From IMG/VR virus record IMGVR_UViG_3300021255_000060, positions 1 through 62,960 of that record: a DNA stretch of 62,960 nt; one strand, written 5' to 3'. Shown in pieces: positions 11,599 to 23,100 of this stretch. Source of the stretch: a virus. Its lineage: Duplodnaviria; Heunggongvirae; Uroviricota; Caudoviricetes. Within the stretch, counting starts at the first letter, position 1. The number at the start of each line of letters is the position of its first letter. Below the pieces are notes generated by a model that ran no database searches, was not told the DNA's origin, and saw only the letters and a list, made by a program, of their open reading frames with translations. A program made the translations under genes and the position numbers.

Positions 11599-12607
11599 AG
11601 CAAATTTAAATATAGCTTTGGCTATTTTATATGATTTAACTAATAATCCATCAAATAAAGCTGGATCTACTGCTGCAATTGCAGAAGCCAATATAAAAAG
11701 AGATGGATTGGATAAAAACGACATCAATGAAATTGCTGCAAATTCCACTCTTGATCAAATTGCAACACCAATAGAAAAAGTGCAATTTAATTTTGGCAGT
11801 AACCCAGGATTAATAAAGGATATTTCTGATTGGGCTGGATTTGATGTAACTCCTGTTATTTATAAAGGTTCTGTGCAAGACATAAGAGAAATGTTATCTG
11901 AATATCTACAAGCAAATAATGTAGATATTCCAAAGATAAACTCTTTTGGAGAAGGTGGGCAATTTGAGTCCAATTTAGATGTAGTAAACGTTAAAATCGG
12001 AAATAAAACATATAAATTATTATATCTATTGTCCGAAGAACAAAAAGAAACCGGATTAAAGAATGTTGAAGATATGGAGTCTGATGAAGGCGCATTATTT
12101 GATTATTCTGATAATCCACAAGAACATCTATCTTTTTGGATGAAAGATACTACTATTGGATTAAAAATTCTTTTTGTAAATAAAGACGGAGTTGTTATAT
12201 CTGTTCATAAAGGAAAACCATTATCGGAAGAACTAATAATAGAAGAATCTGAACCAATTTATTGAGTTATAGAAATAAATGATTCTGAAGATGTAACACA
12301 AGGGACTTATACAAATCTTGCATTATATAAAGAATCCGATGCTGAAGTAGAAGAGGAAGAGTCCGATGAAGACGAGCATCCAGAAATAAAAGTAAAAAAC
12401 CTGTACATCTATGGTTCAGATGGACAGGTTCAAGCAACACTCCAAGGTGGAGAAAGAATTTTTAGTCGTAAAGCAACTAAAACAATTATTAAGAAGGCTA
12501 AACGTGCATATCTTTCACATTTAGACAAAGATTATAAATCACTTGGTAGATATGTGTTTAATGAAATTAAAGCACAAGATAATAGACCTGCAGAATATAC
12601 AGAATAA
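11588..12607 (+). CDS. DUF192-domain protein (1 TGA=Trp)
   Basis: ETGLKNVEDMESDEGALFDY..SFWMKDTTIGLKILFVNKDGVVISVHKGKP is a DUF192 signature. The frame continues past TGA 12263 to TAA 12605-12607 (LQGGERIFSRKAT..LGRYVF). Confidence 0.75.
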
Positions 12608-12609
12608 TT

Positions 12610-13005
12610 ATGAATGATTTAAAAGTTATATATAACAAAATAATTGAGGGTAAAGGAGGAAGTGATTTTCCTTATGAATATGAAATAGTCCCTGATTTTA
12701 GTATAACCATTAATCCAGAAGATTGGATTGTTAATAGTGGTGAAACCAAAGTAATCGAATCCAGGTCTGTATTTACACTTGGTGATTGAGATTATAGAAT
12801 TTGGAAATGTAATGACGTTGAAACGTTTAATACATCTGAAGCTAATGTAGTTGTTCATAAAGGTAGCGATTATTACACTGTCAATGTGGCTATTTTTAGT
12901 AACGAAATACGTTTTAGAATTAATGCAGAAATTAATCCCAATAATATGGGTACTGTCGTATTTAATTTTACAAAACTAATAGCTATTGGAAACGACAAAC
13001 AATAA
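12610..13005 (+). CDS. Hypothetical protein, 131 aa (1 TGA=Trp); not in the ORF track
   Basis: ATG 12610, MNDLKVIYNKIIEGKGG..FTLGD(W)DYRIWK.., ending TAA 13003-13005. Starts 2 nt after the previous stop. Confidence 0.6.
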
Positions 13006-13018
13006 TAGTAGCGTATAA

Positions 13019-13056
13019 ATAAAAAGTCCTCCTATCTTGTTAGACGGGAGGACTAA
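13019..13056 (-). terminator. Minus-strand intrinsic terminator
   Basis: agtcctcc/ggaggact stem at 13025-13054. The T-run lies only on the minus strand (plus-strand A-run at 13019-13025). Confidence 0.75.
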
Positions 13057-13131
13057 AATGTAGAACTGATTCAGATAATTGTAGTTAGTGTAGTACCATA
13101 TGGTCGTTCACACTCTTTGTCTAATCGTTCT
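13019..13131 (-). ncRNA. Candidate ~113-nt small RNA
   Basis: Bounded by a consensus Bacteroidota promoter and a terminator. No ORF longer than 4 codons from its ATG. The 5' end forms a long irregular hairpin. Confidence 0.5.
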
Positions 13132-13136
13132 GTTTG

Positions 13137-13167
13137 CAAATTTAACAAAAATATATAACAGTACAAA
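13137..13167 (-). promoter_or_regulatory. Bacteroidota sigmaA-type promoter (minus strand)
   Basis: TTTG (13167-13164), 19 nt, TAAATTTG (13144-13137). Exact match to TTTG-N19-21-TAnnTTTG. Confidence 0.75.
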
Positions 13168-13192
13168 ATCTGTATTTTATTATTAATCAAAT

Positions 13193-13223
13193 TTTGATTT
13201 GTAAATTTATTTTACTATATTTG
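13193..13223 (+). promoter_or_regulatory. Bacteroidota sigmaA-type promoter for the cargo/vRNAP genes
   Basis: TTTG (13193-13196), 19 nt, TATATTTG (13216-13223), about 60 nt upstream of ATG 13285. Confidence 0.8.
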
Positions 13224-13284
13224 CGATTGATTAATAGGAAAATAAGAGATATATTTATATAAACAATTTAAAATAGTTAACTAT

Positions 13285-13581
13285 ATGAAGTTTAGAAAAT
13301 TTCAAGCTGGTGGTCCTATGGTGGCCGAAGATCCTAATGCAATGGCAGCTGGTGCTCCAGTAGAAGAAGGAATGGCTCCTGAAGCTGGTGCTCAGGGTGG
13401 TGGTGAAGATCCTCTCATGCAGATTGCACAAATTTTTGCACAAGGTTTACAAACTCAAGATTGTAATCTTTTAGCACAAGGTGCTCAAGCTTTCTTGGAA
13501 ATGCTTCAGCAAACAATGAGTGCAGAACAAGGTCAACCGGTATTTAAGAAAGGTGGTAAACTTGTTAGACGTGTACGCTAA
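13285..13581 (+). CDS. Small Ala/Gly/Gln-rich crAss virion-associated protein
   Basis: 98 aa, MKFRKFQAGG..VFKKGGKLVRRVR. High-expression codons. Has its own promoter and terminator. Confidence 0.75.
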   Translation: MKFRKFQAGGPMVAEDPNAMAAGAPVEEGMAPEAGAQGGGEDPLMQIAQIFAQGLQTQDCNLLAQGAQAFLEMLQQTMSAEQGQPVFKKGGKLVRRVR

Positions 13582-13602
13582 CATTTAGATTTTAGAAACT
13601 TG

Positions 13603-13635
13603 ACTCGGGATTGGGACACTCAGTCCCGAGTTTTT
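13603..13635 (+). terminator. Intrinsic terminator
   Basis: actcgggattg-ggacact-cagtcccgagt stem followed by a T-run. Confidence 0.85.
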
Positions 13636-13648
13636 AATTAATAATTAC

Positions 13649-16600
13649 ATGAGTCAAGTTAAAAAATTTCAAACTGGTGGTAGTCTTACAATTGATGGAA
13701 AGAAATATGATGTTACCCCAGAACTAATACAGAATTTATCTGGATATTTATCTAGCTATGGAGATACAGCTGCACCACTTGCAGGGTTAACCTCTGCCTT
13801 ACAACGTGGTGCAAATGTGGTATATGATTCCGTCGGAAACACCATTACTGGAATGGATGGACAGTGAGCTGGAGTTGACGAGAAAGGTGAATCTAAATAT
13901 GATGCAAATCGTAGCCAATGAAGAAAAAATTGAGATGCCACATTTAATAATGACGCACATAAGTGAAGAAAGTCATTACGGCTTTTATCTGGTTTTGCTG
14001 GATATGGCTTAAGTGGAAACAATCCACAAACTGATGCATTAGATAACATTTTTGGCAATGAAACATGGTTTGATTATATAACCAATGAAGATGGAACAAA
14101 AACATATTCTAAAGATTCAGCTAAGAACGCTTTAATTAAACAACGTCTAGAGAAATGGTCAAAGGGTCTTCCAATGACAGAAGAAGATTTTAAAAAGACT
14201 TATTCTCTTGATAGTTGGTATACACCAGATAAAGTTGCTGGTATTCGAGCTATATATGGAAATTATGCTACTCCAGAACAATGGCAAGCGAGAATTGCGG
14301 AAATTGAAGAACGTGCTCAAAATAATACATTAAGACCAGAAGATAAACAACTTCTTGCTGCATTTAATATTGTTGAAGGCGCAAATCCAAATGCTGCTAC
14401 AGATGCAGAAGCAAATAAAAATAAAAAACGTTTTACTGACGCAGGGTTTGACTATGATAAATGAAGCCCATATCTTACATGAAATGATGCTGGATATTTT
14501 AACTTAAATGATGATGCACTGGAAGAATTTCATGGAGCATTTGGAGGAAATGGTAATTATTGGTTTAATGATGCTTTTCAAAATTCTGCAAAATATAATC
14601 CTACTGGGCAATGAGATTTCCTAAATGGACATTTTGTGCTTGGTAATAGAATCTATAAACAATCTGATGCATCTGATCCAATGTCAGATTTAAGTAAAAT
14701 ATTACGCAGACAAGGTGGATTTAGAGACTTAAATGCTGCTATGCAACACAATGCTGCAAATGACTTAATTGAGCAATTATGAGGAAATGAAGTTGGATGA
14801 AATGCTCCTGATGGAAAATATTATAGCAATTGACTTGATCCTAATGGTAATCGTTATTATCGCGCAGTTACTGGAGAGTATAATTGAACTGGTAAAAATG
14901 GAAATCAGCAACTGATTAGTTGAGTTGATGCGAACCCAGAATTAGCTGATGAATTTGGTTATTATAATCCTCATTTTCAAATAACAGACGAATGGGGCAA
15001 TAGAGATTTAAGTGCACCAGAAATGGAAACTGTTCCAGGATTAGTTAAATTAGGAAAGAAAGATGTTAAACCATCAAAATTTGATCGTAGAGAACTTTAT
15101 TTTTCAGATTCTGGAAACTCTGAATTTGATGGTAGATATATTGTTGGAGACGCTGTTGACGAAGACGGCAAAGTTACTGGAGCAGCATTTTGAATAAATC
15201 CTAATAATCCTAATGCTGAATGATTGTTTGAATCATCTAAATTAAACGACTATGTTGAGGGAATGGAAGGAAACGCAGTTAGAATTCCAAAATCAATGTC
15301 TAATATATTAGCGCAAAATCCTCAATTTATGACTGTATTTCAAAATAATCCGGAGTTGAGAGATAGATTTGTTAGATTAATTGCAGGTTCTATTGCTAGT
15401 GCATGAAACGCTGGTGTTGAAAATAGTACCGTAACTGCTAAAGAATGAGAATCGTTTGGTTTTACTAAAGAACAAGCGGCTCAATTAGCAAAAGAGTCTG
15501 ATAAATTATCTGAAAGAAAACGATTGTTTGCTAGACCAAGAACAATAAGACGTCAAGAAAGAGTTGTATCTAAACCGCAACTTCATAAAACTGGAGGAAA
15601 AGTACAGAAAGCTGCAATGGGCGATATGCTTGGAAGTAAAAATGACGTTGGTGCTGCAGTAACTCAAATAAAAACGGATAAACCAATTAAAGATACTGCA
15701 CATTTCAAAAATATTGGTGACGGCGAAAAAATGCAAAAGGAAGATTGGTGAGAACTTGGTGCTTTAGTTGGGGACGCTGCTTCTTTAGGACTCGCATTTG
15801 TTCCAGGTGCAGGGGCATTATCTGGTATTGCTGGTATTGCTGGATCTACAGCAGGATTTAAAGCTGATGTTAAGAGAGATGGTTTTCAAATGGGAGATCT
15901 TGGAAACTATTTACTTAATATTGGATTGGATTCTACAGCATTTATTGGTGCCGGTGGTTTAGGTAAGACTGCTAAAGTTCTTAGAAGTCTCAAACGATCT
16001 GGAAAAGTAATAAATAAAATAATGAAAGCCGCTGCCGTATATGGTATTAGTAATGCAGCAGTTGATTCATGAAAAAAGATTCAAAATGGAGAAGGTTGAA
16101 GCATTCGTGACGTTAGAAATGTAGTAAACGCTCTCGGTGGAGCAGTTCATATGTCTAGAACTGGAATTAAAAAACCAGTTAAAGGTAAAAATTCAGTTGA
16201 ATATCCAACCATTAATTTAAAAGACGGTAAACAAGGTAACTCTATACAATTATCTGAATCTGAATTTAATGCAATACAAGCTGGAAATCCAAAAGATAAA
16301 GGAGAACTAGCTGAGATTTTAGCTGGGATTCAGAACAAACGTAGACCTGCAAATACACCAGAAATTACTAAAGAACAAATCATTGATAATTATGATTTAG
16401 ATGAATTTGTAAAAACTAGAAAACGTTTTGGTTTATTTGGTAAAGATGTATTTAAAATAAAAGGATTGGATGCAAAGAAAAAGAAAGGAAAATGGTCTTG
16501 AGAACTAATTGGTAAAGATCCTACTAAAAAACAAGCAAGAGAAGATTATCTTGCAATACTTAATGGACAACGTAGAGTTAAAAATCCTTCAAAAACAATT

Positions 16601-18211
16601 ACGGAGACAGTTACTGAAATGGTCCCACAAGGACATTGAGAACCACAATATAAGACTGTTCGTGATGTTTTAGGCGAGCCGCAAGCAAATGTTACAACTG
16701 CAGGACCAAATGGAATATATGTTCCAAACAACAATGTTCCTGCAATTCCTATAGACAGACGCATTATAATTAATGAAGCAGATAAAGCTCTTCCAGTAGT
16801 AATGACACCTCGTACTAGGACAATAACCAGAACGATTCCTGCTACATATAGGCGTCTTCCTAGAATAGTACCTACTACATCTGGCATTATATATTCTCCA
16901 TATGAAGAAGATCATATTGGATTTGGTGGAATGAAACAATATAATACTGAACAATCTCCTGCACAAGTTGTTCCCTATGTTTCAACTAGATATACTGCAT
17001 ATAATCCTTATTGAGTTGGAATTAATCAGCCAATGTTTAAAAAAGGTGGAAAAATTAAAAAGGCTCTATATGGTGCAGAATTAGATCAGGATTATCTAGA
17101 TTTACTGACAAAACAATCTGTTGTAAATGCAGAACGTTTTAGAGACGGAAAAGGAGTAGAATCACCTCAAATAAGTACAAAGGCAAGTACAAAATTAAAT
17201 GAAGTTTTAGATCCCCAAGTACGTTTAAATGCTTCACGTAAACTAAGTGATCCAATAAAGACTTTAATTGAAACAAGAGATCAACAAAATGCAATGGATG
17301 TTAAGACTCGTTTTGAAGGTACGCCAGAAGGTAAATCTTATAGTTTTGATCCTACACCTATAATAAATACAATTGGCTATTTTGATGCAAAGCGTCTTGG
17401 TGACGAACAGGAAGATAACTGACTTAACCGAGACAGACTTCAGATAGACGAATTTTTGTTAAATGCTCCAAGATACACCAATTCTGGTGCTGGTGATGCA
17501 TATCAAAATTTGGCGAATTCACAACGATTCCATAAGAATGTTACTTCAGATCCTACCGAAAATTGAGGAGAACAACAACAGCAATTACAAACTGCATTAC
17601 AAAGTGAATTACAAGGAAATCTTGCAAATTCTCAAGAATTTGGTAAATATATTGGAGGATTGGCAGAGTTTCTTAATAAGAATGCTCTTAAACGTACAGA
17701 TATTGCTAATCAAAATAAACAATATAGAGTTGCAGAAAATCAAGCAGATCAAATTCAAAAGAATACAAATATTGCAGAAGACTCTAAACGTCGTGATAGT
17801 CTAAGATATAGCTGAAATGATTGGATAAATAGAAAACTACAAGCAAAGAAAACTATTGATGCTTTACAAGATCAACAGGGCTCTTATCAGATTCTAGATA
17901 ATCTTCAGCGTAATAAAATGAATGAATGAACTCAGAAATATCCTACACAAGAAGATCAATCTAAACCACAAGCTCAAATGGAATTGACTTGAATTAAAAA
18001 TTTTGTTCAAAGTCAAAAAAATAGTATTGATAAACGTGTTGGGGCAATGATGATGGCAAATGGTGGTAAAGCTTCTAAAGTAACTTATTCTAGAGATCCA
18101 TATCCTGAATTGCTAATTCAAAATGCAAAAGATTCAACAAAACTTGTAGAAAAATTGAATGATTCTACAATTAAACTTTTATTATCAATAAAACCAATAC
18201 ATGTATCTTAA
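13649..18211 (+). CDS. Large virion cargo/ejection protein (~1520 aa; ~27 TGA=Trp)
   Basis: Eight track ORFs in the same frame are linked by TGA only, from MSQVKKFQTGG to TAA 18209-18211. Contains a Gly/Ala hydrophobic segment (LGALVGDAASLGLAFVPGAGALSGIAGIAG) and C-terminal YSRDPYPELLIQNAKD. Confidence 0.85.
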
Positions 18212-20129
18212 AAGGAAGTATCAAGTAGGGGGTGTCGTGTACACCCCTTATCTTCCTGCTCAAGCTGGAACTGCACAAGGGACAACTTCCACTTCTGCTA
18301 GTTCTAGTACTAGCAGTACTCCGGAGAAAATATCCGGAACAATGAAGAAAGAAGTTATAGATATATTAAAAGAGAATGGAATTCCTTCAGATGTAGATCA
18401 ATTTCTACAATATGCAAATAGTTTTCTAGATAAATCTAGAAATTTAAGTAGTTATAGTTTATTTGGCGGAAATGATGATGACTATGATATATCTGATTTA
18501 ATTAAAGTGCAGTCTCTTGCAAATAAAGTTAAGTTTAATAAAGCATTATACGATAAGGCTAATGAAAACTTAACTAAACAGTACGCATGATCTGAAGTGG
18601 CTTTAACTGATAAAGGCCAAATGTATGTTTATGATACAGAAAAAGGAGAAGTTACAAAAATTGATCCATCTACATATTATGAAAATTCAGATAAATATCA
18701 GGCACTAACTAATTCGGATGTACTTTCTTATAGAGAACAAAGTCAACCATTTGATAATTCTTCTTTAAATGATTTACAAAATGCAGTTGGAATGAAGTCC
18801 ATCACAGATTATCTTAGAGAAATCATTAAAGCATTTGGAAAAGATACTATTGAAGGATATGCAACCAAAGATAAAGATGCAATATTAAGTGGTTTTCACT
18901 TCTTGATGGAAAATGGACCAGATGGATTTTATAAAGTTAAATCAGAAGAGCAATTACGTGATGTTAATAGGGCTTTAACTTATCTTTACAATTCTTTACC
19001 TGAAAACATGAAACAGTTGCTTAGAGCAAAAACTGCAGCTGAAGGTGGAGATCCTAATGGTAAAGATAGATTTGAATTACTTGTTCAAGCATTATCTGAA
19101 CATACTTCTCGTGATTATTCAGCTACCTTTGATAAGCCTGCTACAGAATATGATCCATTACAATCTGGTAAAAAAGGCGGGAGTTCTGATTCTGGAGATC
19201 AATTAACTCAAAATAATTATCTTCAACGGGTTGGTAACCTTCGTGGAGATAGAACAATTGTTTCAGTTGCACCAAGAGCCGCTAAAATTTCTGATACGGC
19301 AGCACTTACTGCTCCTGCATTTTCTTTTGGTGCAGTTATTAATAGAGACAACAAACCCGTTGGTAAAATGAGTCTTGCTGATCTTTTGAAAGAGGGTTGG
19401 GCTTTTGCTGCCGGAGAACCAAATGATGTTGTATTTGGAAATAAACTACTTAAATCTTGAGAGCGTGAAGCGATTTTATTTGATGATAGTAGTAATTTAA
19501 CTGCTGTAATGTTACCTTATATAAATCGTGGAGGGCATATTATGCCAGATTTTGATAAATTTGATGCATTTAATAAACTTCAATCTATTCTTTCTAACAA
19601 CTTATATATTTCTCAAACAGAATTGAATGAGGAAGCAAGGAAGCTTGGTATTAATCCTTTTGAATTGAATTATGATCAAAAGACCAATACTATTTCGTTT
19701 AAAGATACTATGGCATTTCTAACTGTTAGTGGATATGCTGGAGATGATACTCTTGATTTAAACAAAGAAAATAAAAAGTGATTGGAAAAGGTGGATAAAT
19801 CTGATGGACAACATCTTGCTGATTTTTATAATAACATGGTTAAATTTGGAAACCTTCGTCCAGCAAAGAAAGGAAACGTTGAAATTAAAGGTTTTTCTAA
19901 ATCAGAAGCAAATGATTTCTGGAGAGGGAATATTTTTATTCCTATGAAAAATGCATTTAATGCCATGAACTTAAGTGGAATTGGAGAATATGTTTCTAAA
20001 TCGCAAGAAACCGATTTTTATGGTAGAGTTGCGGCAAGAGCTCAAGAAAACGCAATGCTACAATATCTTAAAGAAAATGATCCAAATTATACTACAAACT
20101 CACAAATAGGACAGTTTAGAAATGATTAG
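18201..20129 (+). CDS. Virion cargo protein (~642 aa; 3 TGA=Trp)
   Basis: MYLKRKYQVGGVVYTPY... Four in-frame track ORFs joined at TGA 18588, 19458 and 19779. Ends TAG. Contains ENGIPSDVDQF typical of this crAss gene. Confidence 0.85.
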
Positions 20130-23100
20130 TAGTAAGAAAAATGATTGGGTTGCTATCAATTTAAACGCACCCGAAGGAATGTCTGTAGACGCATTACATG
20201 GGTATGGTATTACACCAGATAATACAGGATTACAGTCTGAAGATTATTACAAATCTCAAAAGCAAGTCATAAATACATTTACAGATAAAAATGGAAAATT
20301 TGACGAAGAGCGCTTTCATGCCTTTTATGAGAGCGCTCAGCGTTCATATAATGACTATCAAAATGAAGATTTTACTAAGAAACTGTTAGATGATATTGAG
20401 TCTTCACCATATGATATATTCTCTCTTGGAGATGTCAATATAATGGATACTTCCGCTATAATGTATAGAAGTAAAGATCCACAAAGAACAACAATGGGTC
20501 TTGGTAATATATATGAAGTTGGCACTCCTACGTTTGATGTTCGAGAAGTAGCTCAAGCAAATAAAGCGAGAGATGAATATGGAAATATTTTAGATTGGTC
20601 TCCAAACGATAGAGGTGGATTATTCAAAGGTTTGTTTAGGCCAGCTATGGCTCTTGGCACATGAAATGAAGATCAATATGATGATAATGGTATACTTTTA
20701 CATAAAGCTGGCGATCTTAAATATGATAAAAATGGAGATCCTTTCTATGAAAAGATAGGAAATAAAGAAGCGTATGGTAAAGAAACGTTACATTATTGGG
20801 ATACTATTACTAGAGATGATTCTGCTTGAAATAAGATAGACTTCATGGATAGTGATGGTCTCACTAAGAGCCTTGGTGGAACTATTGCTAAAACAGCTTT
20901 TCAATTAGTTCCTTATTTTATTCCTGGTGTTGGTGAGGTAATGGGCTGGATTGGAGCATCTGTTGCACTAAGTCAGACATTACCAGTTCTTGCTAAAGGT
21001 TTAGATGGCATTATAATGGGAACCGCAGACAATGAATTTGGTCGAAACATGACTTGATTAGAAAACGTTACTGATAGATTCAGAACGTCTCAATCAAGAG
21101 CGGCTATGGGCAAATTTCTTAGTATGGAAAACCTTGGAGACATCATCAGCTCTTCAGCAGGTCAGTTATTTCAACAAAGAATGATTGGACAGGTTGGGCA
21201 AAAGCTCTTAAAGTCAAAGGACATGTTAGGAGCTTCTAAGATTGGACAAAGACTATCTCTTGGTTATATGGCTGCTACTTCTGCAACCGATACATATCAA
21301 ACGTTTAAAGAAGCTGGTGCTGACGATCGTACTGCCGGTGTTGCTGTTCTTGGCTATATGGCTGGTTTGTATGGACTGATGAATATAAATTACTTTAAGG
21401 ATATGCTCTTTACTAACACCTGATTAGACGAAGATATTGCTCTTAGAGATACCATGCAGCAACTTGTTAAAGAAACAACGATAGAACCTTTTAAAACATT
21501 TGCTGCATCTACAAGCAAACCGATGACTGAATTAGAAAGACGTTTTGCAAGAACTAAACTTTATAAGGCCATTCAAGAAAAGGTTGCCCCAACTTGAAAA
21601 AAGTGAATGGAATCTACAAAAGCGGCAAGACCAACAATTCATCAACTTGATAATGCTGTAGTTAAAGAAGGTGAAAAGGCAGGAATTTCTGTAGGAATGC
21701 GAGCTTCTATGTATCTTTCTAGAGCCATGAATGAAGGCATAGAAGAAACTATGGAAGAAGGACTTACTGATGTATTTAAAGCAATTACGCTCGGATTGGA
21801 TTCTTTAGGAGTAAAAGTTACAAAAGATGATAAACAACTTGATTTTGGACTTTCTCTTCAAGACGCAATGCTTCGTTATGTATCGTCTTTTATAGGAGGT
21901 GCTATTGGTGGTGCTGTGTTTGAAGGATTTAATCATTGAGAAGGTGGCCCTTATGATAGTTTGCTTGAAAAGTCTTTAGTAGAACGTCTTACATGGTATG
22001 AAAGAAACGGCTATGATAAAGAAATTAGAGAACGTATAGACAATCTTTATCGAAAAGGAAAACTTGGTAATAAGAATCTCTCATCTAAAGGAAAATCGAT
22101 TAAATCTGTTGATGGTAAAAGGGAAACTGTTGTATTTGGAGAAGGATCGGAATCAGATAATCAAAATCTTTTTGTTTATAATGTTATTAATAGCTATCTT
22201 GATAGATTAAATAGTGCATTAGCTAATAATGGATTATTTACTTCAGATAATGAAATATTTACTAAAATTTGGGAATCTGTTAAAGCAAAACGCGGGGATG
22301 ATGGTGAAGACCCAGAAGTAAAACTTTATCATTTCTTAGAGGACTTGGATACCGCAAAAGCTTTAACTATTCAAGAAATGGGATTCTTAAATGCTGTTAA
22401 GGAAGATGCAGATAAACTTGCTTATGACATACTCAGAAAGGATGGAGAAATAAAGAAAGTTAAAGATAATATTCGTAAGCGCAACAACATTACAGATGCC
22501 AATCGTTCTATTGAAGATGAATTGTTTAAAAATAATCAGTACCTTAAAACTCTTGAAAAAGAGCTTTCTGATATGAAAAAAGCTTGAGATCAAATTCTTA
22601 ATGGAGAACGTAATGGTTATTACATGGGATATGCAGCTGTAATGGCAAATGGTTCTTATCTTGATCTTTATGATAATCCAAATCCATCTGTAGAAGTTTT
22701 TAAGAATCTACAAGAGGTTTTTCCTAAAACAGGCATCGAAAACTGAACTAAATACACTTACGGATTTGAATTTGAATCTATAACGGATGACGACCTTAAG
22801 AAAAAGATTCAAGATGAATATTCTGCTTATTTGAATTTATCTGAAAAGGATAAGATGCGCAAAATTTATGATATGCACATTCAGTTCTCTGAAAAATTTG
22901 CTCCAGATATAATGGCGATTAATAAAAAATTTGCTGCAAAGAAGGCTGTAAACCCAGTTACTTATTTTACTGAATTTTTAGGTAAATATTCTGAATCTAT
23001 TGGACATGCTGTTGGTAAACGGGTTGCTGCAGATTTAACAGAAGCTTTTAAACAAATTGATAATTCAAAACTTCCAGAACAATTGGCGGTGTACCAAAAG

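Noticed and set aside
13019-13131. tRNA (opal suppressor) in the 13-kb or 51.5-kb intergenic regions
   Set aside because: No cloverleaf, T-loop (GTTCRA) or D-loop pattern could be built on either strand. The folds are hairpins.
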